From a virus, in the IMG/VR virus record IMGVR_UViG_3300032235_000647, positions 32,001 to 96,000 of that record: a stretch of 64,000 nucleotides of DNA; one strand, 5' to 3'. How positions within the stretch are numbered: position 1 is the first letter of the stretch; each line of letters begins with the position of its first letter. This document shows positions 12,101 to 21,480 of the stretch, piece by piece. Below the pieces are notes generated by a model. That model was not told the origin of the DNA. It was given only the letters and a program-made list of their open reading frames with translations, and did not search any database. The translations under genes and the position numbers were made by a program.

Positions 12101-12672
12101 GCATCAAGTGATGATGAAAATGATTCTAATGCAGTTAATCTAGTAATAGCACTACCACTTGCAGTTGATAATTGATTTAATCTACTATCAACTGAGGCAG
12201 TATATGTTGCTAATGTTGAATTTTTAGTTTCTTGAGAAGCACTAAATGTGTTTAGTGAAGTAAGAATTCCTACAACTTGAGAAGAACCTGAAACAGTTCC
12301 AGTTGGTAATAATTCAGTTACTTGAGCCGAAGAAGAAACAATTCCTGTTCCGCCGGTGTTAGCAGTTGCTTTAATTTCAACATTTCCACCTTTATTTAAG
12401 ATATATAATTTGTTAGCAGAGGTATCATAAAATGGAATACCATCTATCGAAGTATCATAAGAACCACCAGTTAAGTTTGGTACACTTGTTCCCTGGAGAA
12501 TTTTGTTAGCAGGTGTAGCGGTAGAACCATCTATACCAACGAATAGAATAGAATTTCCATTGGTGGCAGTGATTCCTGATGAACCTGTAACAACTAATAA
12601 TTCTCCAGCACGTTTAGTGGCTCCACTAATTGATTCTAACGAACCTCTTCTGTGTTTAATAATTTGTGCCAT
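9190..12672 (-). CDS. Long tail fibre protein with internal tandem repeats
   Basis: MAQIIKHRRG N-terminus, repeated 'TKDNTLATYTASVDSRLNQLST' units and an IDGGTF C-terminus. Confidence 0.8.
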   Translation of the reverse strand: MAQIIKHRRGSLESISGATKRAGELLVVTGSSGITATNGNSILFVGIDGSTATPANKILQGTSVPNLTGGSYDTSIDGIPFYDTSANKLYILNKGGNVEIKATANTGGTGIVSSSAQVTELLPTGTVSGSSQVVGILTSLNTFSASQETKNSTLATYTASVDSRLNQLSTASGSAITRLTALESFSSSLDAGFVTQVELASATGALETVNTAQSARLTSLETFSGSQQTKDNTLATYTASVDSRLNQLSTASGSAITRLNLLEIETANLETFSGSALTRLSALEVETANLEAFTSSINTTIKTRLNVETVISGSSQVQIGSVTGFTSFSSSVDGRLDTIETSLGGAGSIGSRVSSLEAFSASQESKDSTLATYTASVDNRLSNIQSFTSSQNNLNTTFATTGSNIFYGSQTITGSLFITQNLVVQGSSSLVNITGSSVNIGTNNIVLNTATPAVRFGGLSVQDSGSGQGVSGSLLWDSFNNHWLYVQPSGSGEEYNSAILIAGPKNTGTIGNESGITSGSIQVALGENHIGDSIMTQNVGSTKITIAGALDVNGAVSASSIVGIGNAAAFSQSVDSRLDSVEASLGGGGSIGTRVTALEAFTSSQETKNSTLATYTASVDTRLNQLSTDSGSQAARLTSLENFSGSQQTKDNTLATYTASVDSRLNQLSTASGSAITRLTALEAFSSSLDAGFVTQAELASATGALETVNTAQSARLTSLESFSGSQQTKDNTLATYTASVDSRLNQLSTDSGSQAGRLNRIESFTSSIDTTIKTKLNADAVVSSSAQIVTLLSNQATNFGTGRVSADNIGNSTGTTTFTGSFVGNGSQLTGLVTDLRLSGSTGNDTLSLLSDTLLVTGSNSLSAAVTNNTITITAANATTSTRGVASFDADDFSVTTGNVSIKTNGVRAVNLNSDLAGIGLSLNGVDNSLQVDYGSTSGTAVEGNTALTIQGTTNEIEITGGSVTLGNGGTVTIGLPNSVTIPTASIQNNLSVGGSVTITGNLFVQGSTTTIDSTTIQLGDNIIELNGSSAANGGLLVKDATNPNTVSGSLLWNSTADHWMGGALGSEKQFARFNSTPTSASVQVIGANGLLVNSTIADNGVDVSITGDLTIGGLSANSFIVANGTKELTSVVAVNTGDMIQWNGSSFVASNTIDGGTF
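10441..12006. repeat. Near-identical ~66-bp-plus intragenic direct repeats in the fibre gene
   Basis: tctactatcaac(a/t)gatgcagtgtaagttgcaagagtattatctttagtttgttgagaaccagagaa at 10441, 10681 and 11941. Confidence 0.9.
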
Positions 12673-12800
12673 GTGTTGTTTTTTTGTTTTTTTAGTTTGT
12701 TACAACGAAAACCTTTATTGTTTTACAGGACATTTGCCTAATTTGATAAATACTATATAGTACCTAAATTTATATATAAATATTAATCCTCTTTACAATA

Positions 12801-13472
12801 TTATATTAACCCCGAATCTATGATATATGAACCTGATGAGATTATATATTCCACAGCATCAGTAAAGTGCAAAGAAGAAGTATTTAATGTTAAAGTTGTT
12901 ATTCCAGATGATACTGATTTTGTTAAACCATTTCCAGCATTTACAGAAGAATCTCCTATTGAAAATGTATAAAGACCCCAACTTATTATATCAGTAAATG
13001 TGGTAATCATATCTGCATAAGTAATATCAGCTTGATATACCGAATTGGTATCTACAACATATACAAGTTGGCCATCAGAGAAATTTGTTATTGAAGATGA
13101 TAGTAATAAATTTAGTGTTGGATAAGTTCTAAATAAACCACTCTCTTCATATCCACTTGGTATAGTAATAGAAGCAGTATTGCTATTTATTGTATTGATT
13201 TTAACACCAGAACCCGAAAATTCGAATTGTGACGCAACTATATCAACAGACCCACTTAATACATTAATACCAGTACCTTCGGCTACAATTCCAGTTAAAC
13301 GAGAACCATCACCTTCTAAAAATACACCCCGAATTACTCCAGAGGCAGTAATATCTCCATCTACAAATAGAGAACCCGTAGTTACAAGCGAACCTGAAAC
13401 TACGAATTCTCCTTCAATTACTGAAGCGGTTACTACACCTTGTATTTGTTTACTTTGAATTAATGTTGCCAT
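12801..13472 (-). CDS. Fibre-associated virion protein
   Basis: GDGSRLTGI motif and an AGNGL...LNTSSLHFT segment shared with the neighbouring fibres; ends IDSGLI. Confidence 0.6.
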   Translation of the reverse strand: MATLIQSKQIQGVVTASVIEGEFVVSGSLVTTGSLFVDGDITASGVIRGVFLEGDGSRLTGIVAEGTGINVLSGSVDIVASQFEFSGSGVKINTINSNTASITIPSGYEESGLFRTYPTLNLLLSSSITNFSDGQLVYVVDTNSVYQADITYADMITTFTDIISWGLYTFSIGDSSVNAGNGLTKSVSSGITTLTLNTSSLHFTDAVEYIISSGSYIIDSGLI

Positions 13473-13519
13473 CTAATGTATTTTTACTTTTATATATATG
13501 GTTACTTATATTATATTTT

Positions 13520-16500
13520 TTACGCCAATCTAATTTTAATAGTACCAGATGTGTGATATAATCCACCCAATGGAACACCCCCGGTAGCAGCAGCTGCATC
13601 ATCTGCAAAGTTGTATGAGGATGATACTTGAGCTAAAATTGCTGTAGAAGCTCTAAGTGTACCTTTTAGGTATGTATCGGTGATATCATTATTACCGATT
13701 GTTACCGTATTGGTTCCATTACTTATTGCATTATATCCAATTACAATTTGATTATCTTGAGCATTTACATTAGATTTAGTATTTGTTCCAATAAATACAG
13801 AATTTGTATTTGATGTTACTTCGGTTACACCATTACTCAAATATCTACCTGCAGTATGTCCTAAGTATACACTATTACTACCAGTAACAACACCATACGC
13901 AGAACTATAACCTACTGCAGTAACATTGCTTGAAAGAGTATTTAACGCATTTGCATTAGAGCCCAAAAGTGTATTTTCTGAACCACTAATATTATTAGTT
14001 CCTGCTTGAAAACCAAAGAATGCGTTTGAACCACCAACACCAGTATTTAATCCAGCATTATGACCAATAAATGTATTATAATCAGCAGTTTTATGATTTG
14101 CTCCGGCAGATTGACCTACAAATGTATTAAAACTACCACTTGTATTAGTTTGTCCACTAAAATTTCCTAAGAATACGTTACCTTGTCCAACCGAGTTATC
14201 TCTACCCGAATTATATCCAAAGAATGAGTTATTATCTCCAGTTGTGTTAACACCACCAGCTATATAACCCACAAAAGTGTTATTACTACCACTTGTGTTT
14301 GCAAAACCAGCTTGAAAACCAACAAATGTATTGTTACTTACTTTAGTATTATATCCTGCTTGTTTTCCTATAAAAACATTACTATTTCCTGAAATATTTG
14401 AGAATCCTGCAGTCTCTCCTATGAAAACATTATCAGAATTTTTATTATTGTATCCAGCATAACCACCTATAAACACATTATTGTTTCCAATTTGATTTAA
14501 TAAGCCAGCACTTTTTCCTACAAATACGTTCAACGAACCATCGGTATTTAATACTCCAGCATCTTGTCCAATAATAACATTATATTCTGCATTTGTAGTT
14601 AAATTACCTAATGGTTCATCACCAATGACAATATTACCAACACCTCCGATTCCGTTTTGTGAAATTGAACCACTTACTCTTAAAGAACCAGAAATAATTT
14701 CGTTTCCAAAGAAAATATTACTTCCAGTTACTGCAAATGAGCCAGTCTCAATTGGTGTAACTCCTGGAATTCCAGTTAATCCACTACCATCACCTACGAA
14801 TGAACCAGAGAAGGAAGATGCGGTTACTGCACCAATGAGTATTGCGCTGCCACTTACTAAAAGTGAACCCGATACATCAACTGGTACTTTGATACTTACT
14901 TTATTTTCAGCAAATCTACCTTGTGATTGAAACTCCATCACTTGATAATAATTACTTGAACTATCTGCTGTAAATAAACTTGGTTCGGTTAGATTTGCAA
15001 GACCTGGCTGATTAAGATGTGTTGGGTCAGCAGAAAGTCCTATGATATTATGATTATCTGCAGATGAACTGTGTTCCAATTTTACCGAATTCGGTCCAAG
15101 TGATGTATTACTACTACCACTATGTACTATTACTGCACCAGCGAATGCAAAACCAGTTGCGTTTATAGAACCACTAATTGTTTGATTACCGTTAAATGTA
15201 TTTGAACCAGTAGTTGCAAATGAGCCAGTCTCAATTGGTGTAACTCCTGGAATTCCAGTTAATCCACTACCATCACCTATAAAGGAACCAGTGAATGAAG
15301 AACCAGATATTACACCTTTTAGATATGTGTTAGTAATACCATCATTACCCAATGTTACGGTGTTATTTCCATTACCTATAGCATCATGACCTATGATAAC
15401 TTGGTTAATTGGGTCATCATTATTTGGAGATGCACCATATCCTACAATAACAGATGCACTTAAAAATCTTAAATACTCACTAGCCGTAGAACCGGTTGCT
15501 GCGTATGCACCTACAACCACGTTTTCACTACCAGTAGAAAGAGATGTTACTGTTCGTGTACCAACAAAAGTATTATTGTTTCCATTTGAATAAAGTCCAG
15601 TATAAGTACCGATTATTGAATTTTGACTACCACTTACTGCTTCAGATCCAGCACCCACACCAACATAAGTATTTTCTCCCCCTGAAACATTGCGATAACC
15701 TGCAGTATTTCCGAGATATGTATTATTTTGTCCAGTTGTATTACTATATCCTGCTTGATGTCCAATAAAAGTATTAAATCCTACTTGGTTAACTCGGCCA
15801 GCTTGAACACCTATTTTTATTACATAACTACCACTTGTATTTGGTACATTTCCTTCACCGGAGATAGCAATATGTGAACCTTCATAAATAATTGATTTAG
15901 TATCAGCTACATTTACACTACCTGTAAACGAACCCGTAAATGAATTTGCTCTAACATTAGAACCAGTGATATTACCATAATAGTAATTAGTACCTCTATA
16001 TGTATTAAAAGAATCATTATTACCAATCTGAAGGCTCGTTACCTGATTAGTACCTACTAGCATTATTTTTCCATACATATTAACAACCGAATTTCCATCT
16101 TCATTATCGTATACTTGTACAACTCCAGTATTACCTGAGCCAGATGGTTTTAATACCATTGCAATTGATGTAGTACCTTGTGTAAATACCGAACCAGATT
16201 GGTCTACTCCAATACCATTTCGATAACTTGGAGAACGAAATTGAACACTACCAGTTGATGTCAATGAACCACTAAATAAGTTTGTTCCTACAAAAACATT
16301 AGAACCAGTTGTTGCAAATGTGGTATTTAATACTTCTTGTGATGCAGTAAATGAATTTAGAGCAGTGATATCACTTCCACCACCTCCAAATGAAGAAGTA
16401 GGGGCTAATGTAGATACATTACCACTACCACCTACCCATACATAACCTTGTTGTAGGGATGCTGTTAATGTTCCGTCTATTGTTAAATTTGTTATATTTA

Positions 16501-16564
16501 ACCCTTCAATTGCTACCGAACCTGATTGGTAGGGAGTAATTCTGTCTACTCTAATTGTGCTCAT
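13520..16564 (-). CDS. Fibre/adhesin with beta-roll repeats (YadA-head-like)
   Basis: Dozens of ~14-aa N-x-F-(I/V)-G-x-x-A-G repeats in two blocks; duplicated GDGSGLTGIPGVTPIETGSFA; C-terminal ADDAAAATGGVPLGGLYHTSG. Confidence 0.75.
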   Translation of the reverse strand: MSTIRVDRITPYQSGSVAIEGLNITNLTIDGTLTASLQQGYVWVGGSGNVSTLAPTSSFGGGGSDITALNSFTASQEVLNTTFATTGSNVFVGTNLFSGSLTSTGSVQFRSPSYRNGIGVDQSGSVFTQGTTSIAMVLKPSGSGNTGVVQVYDNEDGNSVVNMYGKIMLVGTNQVTSLQIGNNDSFNTYRGTNYYYGNITGSNVRANSFTGSFTGSVNVADTKSIIYEGSHIAISGEGNVPNTSGSYVIKIGVQAGRVNQVGFNTFIGHQAGYSNTTGQNNTYLGNTAGYRNVSGGENTYVGVGAGSEAVSGSQNSIIGTYTGLYSNGNNNTFVGTRTVTSLSTGSENVVVGAYAATGSTASEYLRFLSASVIVGYGASPNNDDPINQVIIGHDAIGNGNNTVTLGNDGITNTYLKGVISGSSFTGSFIGDGSGLTGIPGVTPIETGSFATTGSNTFNGNQTISGSINATGFAFAGAVIVHSGSSNTSLGPNSVKLEHSSSADNHNIIGLSADPTHLNQPGLANLTEPSLFTADSSSNYYQVMEFQSQGRFAENKVSIKVPVDVSGSLLVSGSAILIGAVTASSFSGSFVGDGSGLTGIPGVTPIETGSFAVTGSNIFFGNEIISGSLRVSGSISQNGIGGVGNIVIGDEPLGNLTTNAEYNVIIGQDAGVLNTDGSLNVFVGKSAGLLNQIGNNNVFIGGYAGYNNKNSDNVFIGETAGFSNISGNSNVFIGKQAGYNTKVSNNTFVGFQAGFANTSGSNNTFVGYIAGGVNTTGDNNSFFGYNSGRDNSVGQGNVFLGNFSGQTNTSGSFNTFVGQSAGANHKTADYNTFIGHNAGLNTGVGGSNAFFGFQAGTNNISGSENTLLGSNANALNTLSSNVTAVGYSSAYGVVTGSNSVYLGHTAGRYLSNGVTEVTSNTNSVFIGTNTKSNVNAQDNQIVIGYNAISNGTNTVTIGNNDITDTYLKGTLRASTAILAQVSSSYNFADDAAAATGGVPLGGLYHTSGTIKIRLA

Positions 16565-16599
16565 AATTTTTTTTCCTATGTTTTTTTATTTTTTTTTTG

Positions 16600-16965
16600 T
16601 TATCTACTTACTATTTTTCCTTTTACAAAGAAATCCGATGCTGTTATAAGATCTGGTCTAAATGTTATACTTTGATTAAATGTTATTACAATATTAGAAC
16701 CATTATCTATAACACTATATTGGTCAGCTGTTCTTTTCAATCCTTGTAAAAATACATCGACATAATCTGATAAGCTATCTACTTTAATATCTTCGAATAC
16801 AAATTTTTTGTCCAAGAAAGTTAAAGTAAAAAAATCACCATTTAAAGAAATTGAATCAGGAGTATATTGATATATCCATGAATCATTTATTACTTCCAAT
16901 ACAAGATTTTTTACTCTCAATTTATCATTAAAAGGAACTATTACATTTGGTTTAGGTTTAATCAT
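16600..16965 (-). CDS. Small putative virion protein (paralog of the gp15 C-terminal extension)
   Basis: VDVFLQG...ITFN...VKGKI pattern; overlaps the upstream gene (ATGA). Confidence 0.55.
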   Translation of the reverse strand: MIKPKPNVIVPFNDKLRVKNLVLEVINDSWIYQYTPDSISLNGDFFTLTFLDKKFVFEDIKVDSLSDYVDVFLQGLKRTADQYSVIDNGSNIVITFNQSITFRPDLITASDFFVKGKIVSR

Positions 16966-17288
16966 ATCGAATCTATATCTCCTTCTAATTTTATATCATC
17001 AGTATTTTCTAATTCGTATTGAAAATTTGCTTTAATGAAAGATACATGAAAATCATTATTAACCTGCTCAAATATATAATCTCTTTCTAAAATATATTGA
17101 CCATTAATAAATATATCAAAACGAGAGTGTTCCTTTCTAAATGGTCTTAAATTTATGTTTAAATCTTTCATTTTTACATTTGGTAATTTCCAAATCCAAT
17201 ACGAAGGATGTGAAAGGTTATGTGGAATCAGAGTATATTCATCTGGTTCGTGAACTTGTTTTAATATTTTATTTAATTCATTTATCAT
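16962..17288 (-). CDS. Small putative virion protein (paralog of the gp15 C-terminal extension)
   Basis: FDIFINGQ...ELENTDDIKLEG pattern; translationally coupled to its neighbours. Confidence 0.55.
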   Translation of the reverse strand: MINELNKILKQVHEPDEYTLIPHNLSHPSYWIWKLPNVKMKDLNINLRPFRKEHSRFDIFINGQYILERDYIFEQVNNDFHVSFIKANFQYELENTDDIKLEGDIDSI

Positions 17289-18424
17289 AATTCAATAAAC
17301 TTTCCAGTTATACCAATTTCATCAGAAGATTCTAAAATATAACCTAAATCACTTGTAGTAGGAATTAAATCATTTGGATAAGTTCCACCAACTTGAAGTG
17401 AACCAGTATTAAAATTAAAATAAATTTCATTAGTACCATACGAACCTGTATATGTGTAAGTCATTGGTGGAATTAATACACCATTTACATAAATTCTAAA
17501 CCATTGATCGGTATCAAACGAACCAAATAATTCAGGTGGTAATTTTGGTAATTCTACATTTGTTAATTTAACAGTATCTGCATCCACAAAAACTGCTTCT
17601 TGTGAACTACGAATAGACATAAAGTCAATAACATCGGAATATTCTGTATATAAACTTTGTTTACTTAAATTCAAATTTTTACCAGTTAAATCAGTTTCTC
17701 CTGCCCAGACAATCTTTTTTGGAGAAATTTCTTTTCGTGTAGTTGATTCATTATCAAATTTTTCAGGTAAAAGATATGCATCCACTACCATAGTAAAAGT
17801 TGTTCGAACAACTCTTTGTGTACCTTCACCAACTTCAGTAGTATTATCAAATGAATCAATTTTTACTCTAAATTTGAAGCCATTTTTATCTCCCCAATAC
17901 TCATCAGTTGCGTATTGAAATGCCTCCACGATTTTATTCATGTGTTCGGTAAAATCAGTCCAAACATTTACTTCATAAGTAATAGTAACATAATCAGGTA
18001 TAGTGACGTTATATAACTCTACTGGTCTTCTTGCAGAAGTCATCTGTGAAAACCTATCGTATTTGTGTTTTTTTGAGTATTGTGATACAGCGGTGTAAAA
18101 TAAATTACGATTCATAGAAATTGCACCCGTATCATCTCTTGCTACAGAATTTCTTTTGAATACACAAACTGGAATTTGAACTTGTCCATTTCTATCTCTT
18201 AAAAATCCATCCTTTTTTATGGCCTTCCATCTTTCAGGATTACCATATATGACAGGTACCTTCACCTTTTCTCCCATTACCTCAACCGTGGGCATGACAG
18301 TATCTATCATGTGTTCTGCAATTGCAGAATCAATATCATACAACTTAATACCTTTATGATTTTTCGGTTCGGTTTTAAGTTGTTCTTCTCTTTTGGGGAT
18401 TCTTTTTAACGGGTCTATACTCAT
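17285..18424 (-). CDS. Tail completion/sheath stabiliser, T4 gp15-like, with C-terminal extension
   Basis: KVPVIYGNPERW and PDYVTITYEVNVWT...MNKIVE motifs; lies directly after the gp13/gp14-like genes. Confidence 0.7.
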   Translation of the reverse strand: MSIDPLKRIPKREEQLKTEPKNHKGIKLYDIDSAIAEHMIDTVMPTVEVMGEKVKVPVIYGNPERWKAIKKDGFLRDRNGQVQIPVCVFKRNSVARDDTGAISMNRNLFYTAVSQYSKKHKYDRFSQMTSARRPVELYNVTIPDYVTITYEVNVWTDFTEHMNKIVEAFQYATDEYWGDKNGFKFRVKIDSFDNTTEVGEGTQRVVRTTFTMVVDAYLLPEKFDNESTTRKEISPKKIVWAGETDLTGKNLNLSKQSLYTEYSDVIDFMSIRSSQEAVFVDADTVKLTNVELPKLPPELFGSFDTDQWFRIYVNGVLIPPMTYTYTGSYGTNEIYFNFNTGSLQVGGTYPNDLIPTTSDLGYILESSDEIGITGKFIEL

Positions 18425-18981
18425 TAGTAAATTCTATCCTCTATTTGTACTTGTGATCTTCTTACCATGTGAGAAGTTGCAATTAAAAACATTCTTGCGT
18501 CTTCAAATTCGTTTGTACTCTTATTATACATTTTAGGCTGTCCACCAATTAAAGCATTTCTTCTTATATTATCTATTTCGTAATAAGTTTCATCAAATAA
18601 AATAATATCACCGATTTCAGGATATCCGTATTGTGAATTTTGAATTGCACCTACTGGAATCAGAGTTCCATTAATATCTCGTAATCTTGGAAGAGTCTCG
18701 GTCCGTAATCTCATTATATTAAATCTAAATTCGACCGATTGAGTTCTATCAGCACCAACTTCTCCATCATAACTAACATTAGGTGGTTCTCTATCTATGA
18801 TAGCCATCAAATTAGCAGGTGCATGCCAAACTTTACCTAAAGATTCACCATATAGATTAGTTTTAGTTTCACCAACTGATACTTTGAATAAAGTAATAGC
18901 TTGTTCAACTACATAATCTACAACTTCTTCGGCGATAGATTTTATAAAATTTAAATCGTTTGCATTATAAAACTTTGGCAT
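18424..18981 (-). CDS. Neck/head-closure protein, T4 gp14-like
   Basis: NLYGES and PEIGDIILFDETYYEI motifs; lies between the gp13-like and gp15-like genes. Confidence 0.65.
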   Translation of the reverse strand: MPKFYNANDLNFIKSIAEEVVDYVVEQAITLFKVSVGETKTNLYGESLGKVWHAPANLMAIIDREPPNVSYDGEVGADRTQSVEFRFNIMRLRTETLPRLRDINGTLIPVGAIQNSQYGYPEIGDIILFDETYYEIDNIRRNALIGGQPKMYNKSTNEFEDARMFLIATSHMVRRSQVQIEDRIY

Positions 18982-18985
18982 CGTA

Positions 18986-20134
18986 TTATCCTATATAAAT
19001 TGCAAGTGGCACTTTTCCTATAATCTTTTGTTGTTGGTCAACCATTTCTGCCTCATTGGACATTCTAGTTTTTCTACTTACTTCTTCCAAGTTTTCTCTT
19101 AATTGAGTAATCAAGTTGTCCTTTTCAGTTTGAGCTTCTGCTCTTAAAGCAGCACCATCAAGGGAAACTTCTGAACCAGGAATTGGCACTGTATTATATT
19201 TCTCTCTAATAGCACCCAACATTTCTTTTGCAAGTGCAAGAGTATATTTTCTAATCCATTGTTTACCCACATCATTAATTTGTGAGTAAGTTGCAAAATT
19301 ATACTCAATATTAGAATAATCAGACATTACATTTGGTCTAACAACAGTTGAATTTTCTCTAAATTCAGTATCTACATAGTACTCAAACCATAATTGATAA
19401 TCGGAAGTTGGTATTGGGAATATTTTTAATTTATTATTTACAATATTGAATGTATGAGCCGATTTACGGAACTGGTCATTAAATTCAATTGCTTGAATTC
19501 TCAACATATCCTCATAAAGAGGCATTAATATGAATTGTGCAGCTGGTGAAAATGAGCCAAATCCAAATTCATCAATTAAGTTTAATGTACCTTGACCTGA
19601 TACTGAATAAGGGTCAAAGAATCGATTGATTGCAGGAGTTGCCTCATAAAATACTCTAGTTACTGATATTCTTTCACCACCTTCGGCTACATCAGCAAAT
19701 TCTTGTAAATCATAATCTTGTACACCCTCAGTCATATTAATAGAACCAGATTTTATACTAGTTCTACCACCTACTCCTGCTTGACTTCCGTATGCTTGCG
19801 AAATTTCAATTACATTATTTAATTCTGAGCCATTTACTTGTTTTCCAGTATAATTTACACCAGTTGGTCTACCTTGTAATGCACCAAGATTATTTCGAAT
19901 ATTGAATTGATTTACTTGGGCAGAATATTCAGAAACAGCCTCTTCAAATACTGCAAAAAAGTTTTCACCTTCTAATTCTATATCAATTATAGGATACCCA
20001 AGGCGTTTAGCACACCAAGATGCAACTTTTGGTGCTTCTGTTCTAAATTCAGAATCAGAATCATAAATACCAAAAGGGGTTGATGAACCCGTTACAAATA
20101 CAGCTGAACCTGTCCAAATTCGTGCTTGAGACAT
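18986..20134 (-). CDS. Neck/head-tail adaptor protein, T4 gp13-like
   Basis: RLGYPIIDIEL and WIRKYTLALAKEMLGAIREKY...PGSEVSLDG are gp13-family motifs. Confidence 0.8.
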   Translation of the reverse strand: MSQARIWTGSAVFVTGSSTPFGIYDSDSEFRTEAPKVASWCAKRLGYPIIDIELEGENFFAVFEEAVSEYSAQVNQFNIRNNLGALQGRPTGVNYTGKQVNGSELNNVIEISQAYGSQAGVGGRTSIKSGSINMTEGVQDYDLQEFADVAEGGERISVTRVFYEATPAINRFFDPYSVSGQGTLNLIDEFGFGSFSPAAQFILMPLYEDMLRIQAIEFNDQFRKSAHTFNIVNNKLKIFPIPTSDYQLWFEYYVDTEFRENSTVVRPNVMSDYSNIEYNFATYSQINDVGKQWIRKYTLALAKEMLGAIREKYNTVPIPGSEVSLDGAALRAEAQTEKDNLITQLRENLEEVSRKTRMSNEAEMVDQQQKIIGKVPLAIYIG

Positions 20135-20182
20135 ATTAGTTTTCCTATTTTATACAATTATACACCTATAAATATAAACAAC

Positions 20183-20210
20183 AAAAAAAGGGAGTGAAAA
20201 TCACTCCCTT
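20183..20210 (-). terminator. Rho-independent terminator
   Basis: Minus strand AAGGGAGTGA-tt-TTCACTCCCTT followed by a T-run. Confidence 0.8.
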
Positions 20211-20238
20211 AATTAAAAACCAAGATAAAAAAATGGTA

Positions 20239-20592
20239 TTAATTTAAGTATTTTAATTTGTATAAAGTTTGATAAATTAACTTTTCTATTTCTTGTACTA
20301 TATTATCAATAAATGGGTCTTTGATTGGTCTTGCCTTTTCAATAAATTTTATGATTTTACCAAAATATTCAATTACTTGTTCTTTTGATTCGTATTGTTC
20401 GATTTTAGATACATTTTTATATTTTAGAATACCATATTTACCTTGATATGCCTCTGCAAGTTCATCGGTGATATCACCAACTGAATCATAATAAGAACCT
20501 AACGCTTTATGTTCTGCAAATGATTTCGTTTGTAGGTGAAAAATGTGAACTTGATTTACTGAATGCAGTAATACTGAAATTAAATCTTCCAT
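20239..20592 (-). CDS. Ferritin/Dps-like four-helix protein (DUF5856-like)
   Basis: HIFHLQTKSFAEHKALGSYYD...DELAEAYQGKYG, a His/Asp/Glu metal-ligand pattern. Confidence 0.7.
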   Translation of the reverse strand: MEDLISVLLHSVNQVHIFHLQTKSFAEHKALGSYYDSVGDITDELAEAYQGKYGILKYKNVSKIEQYESKEQVIEYFGKIIKFIEKARPIKDPFIDNIVQEIEKLIYQTLYKLKYLN

Positions 20593-20647
20593 TTAGTATA
20601 TTCCTATTAAATTTACTAATAAATATATACCAAAAAGTTTTTACGAA

Positions 20648-20911
20648 TTATTTAACCCATTCCATGTACCCGTATTCTATGGCATCTAGGTAATCTGTAA
20701 TAATTAGATTATCCCACCCACCCTTCTTATCAGCATCTATCTCTAAATGTAGGTATGAGAACTCCATTACTTCATACAATACATTATTTTCGAACGAATT
20801 ATTAACAATATAATCAAATGTTATTTGATATTCTGAAAATTCATCAACCATCTTGTGTTTAAATTCCCAAAACCACTTTTCTAAATTAGTTTGTGCAACT
20901 TCTTGTGTCAT
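20648..20911 (-). CDS. Hypothetical small (early) protein
   Basis: 87-aa acidic ORF tightly packed in the small-ORF island. Confidence 0.6.
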   Translation of the reverse strand: MTQEVAQTNLEKWFWEFKHKMVDEFSEYQITFDYIVNNSFENNVLYEVMEFSYLHLEIDADKKGGWDNLIITDYLDAIEYGYMEWVK

Positions 20912-20917
20912 TTTAGA

Positions 20918-21169
20918 TTAATTTAAATACGAATACTGATTTGCTGCTACAATTACTTTTAGATTATTATAGCATTCATTATCTGCCTTTGAAATTGCTC
21001 CGAACAAATCGTTATCTACTATCGATTGAACGAAACTACCACCTTGTAATCCTTTACCATCTCTAGTCATCATTACTGATGCAATAATTCTGATAATATG
21101 AGGATTGGTTACATCATATTGTAATGCAAATTCCTCTGCTGCTGTTTGATACTGATTTACTATGTCCAT
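20918..21169 (-). CDS. Hypothetical small (early) protein
   Basis: 83 aa; GGSFVQSIVDNDLFGAISKAD resembles a recurrent small phage protein motif. Confidence 0.65.
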   Translation of the reverse strand: MDIVNQYQTAAEEFALQYDVTNPHIIRIIASVMMTRDGKGLQGGSFVQSIVDNDLFGAISKADNECYNNLKVIVAANQYSYLN

Positions 21170-21182
21170 AATTTTTTATATT

Positions 21183-21467
21183 TTATTTTTTAAAAACTGA
21201 TTCTTTCCATGCTTCATTCAATTCCTCTTTACTAAATCCATGTTCTAAAAAGAAAGGGAATAGTTTGGTTTTTTTCCACTCCGTTAATTCTTTATTGTAA
21301 TTTGAATTATGTACAGTTACTTGTCCTGCTGGTGTGTAGGTGTTACCCATATTAGTACGATTCCTTCGTTTTGGTGCAGGACTGATAAGAGATGAATAAT
21401 ACATCATCGCTCTTCGTAATCCTTCTTCATTTACAACTGTCAAAACTTTGGAAACTAAATCGTTCAT
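21183..21467 (-). CDS. Hypothetical small (early) protein
   Basis: 94-aa ORF with AACTCCC upstream. Confidence 0.6.
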   Translation of the reverse strand: MNDLVSKVLTVVNEEGLRRAMMYYSSLISPAPKRRNRTNMGNTYTPAGQVTVHNSNYNKELTEWKKTKLFPFFLEHGFSKEELNEAWKESVFKK

Positions 21468-21480
21468 AGTATAGGGAGTT

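Noticed and set aside
1578-16564. Diversity-generating retroelement or invertible shufflon acting on the fibre genes
   Set aside because: No reverse transcriptase or recombinase is in the window; the repeats are direct and in-frame, with no adenine-specific mismatch pattern that I could see.
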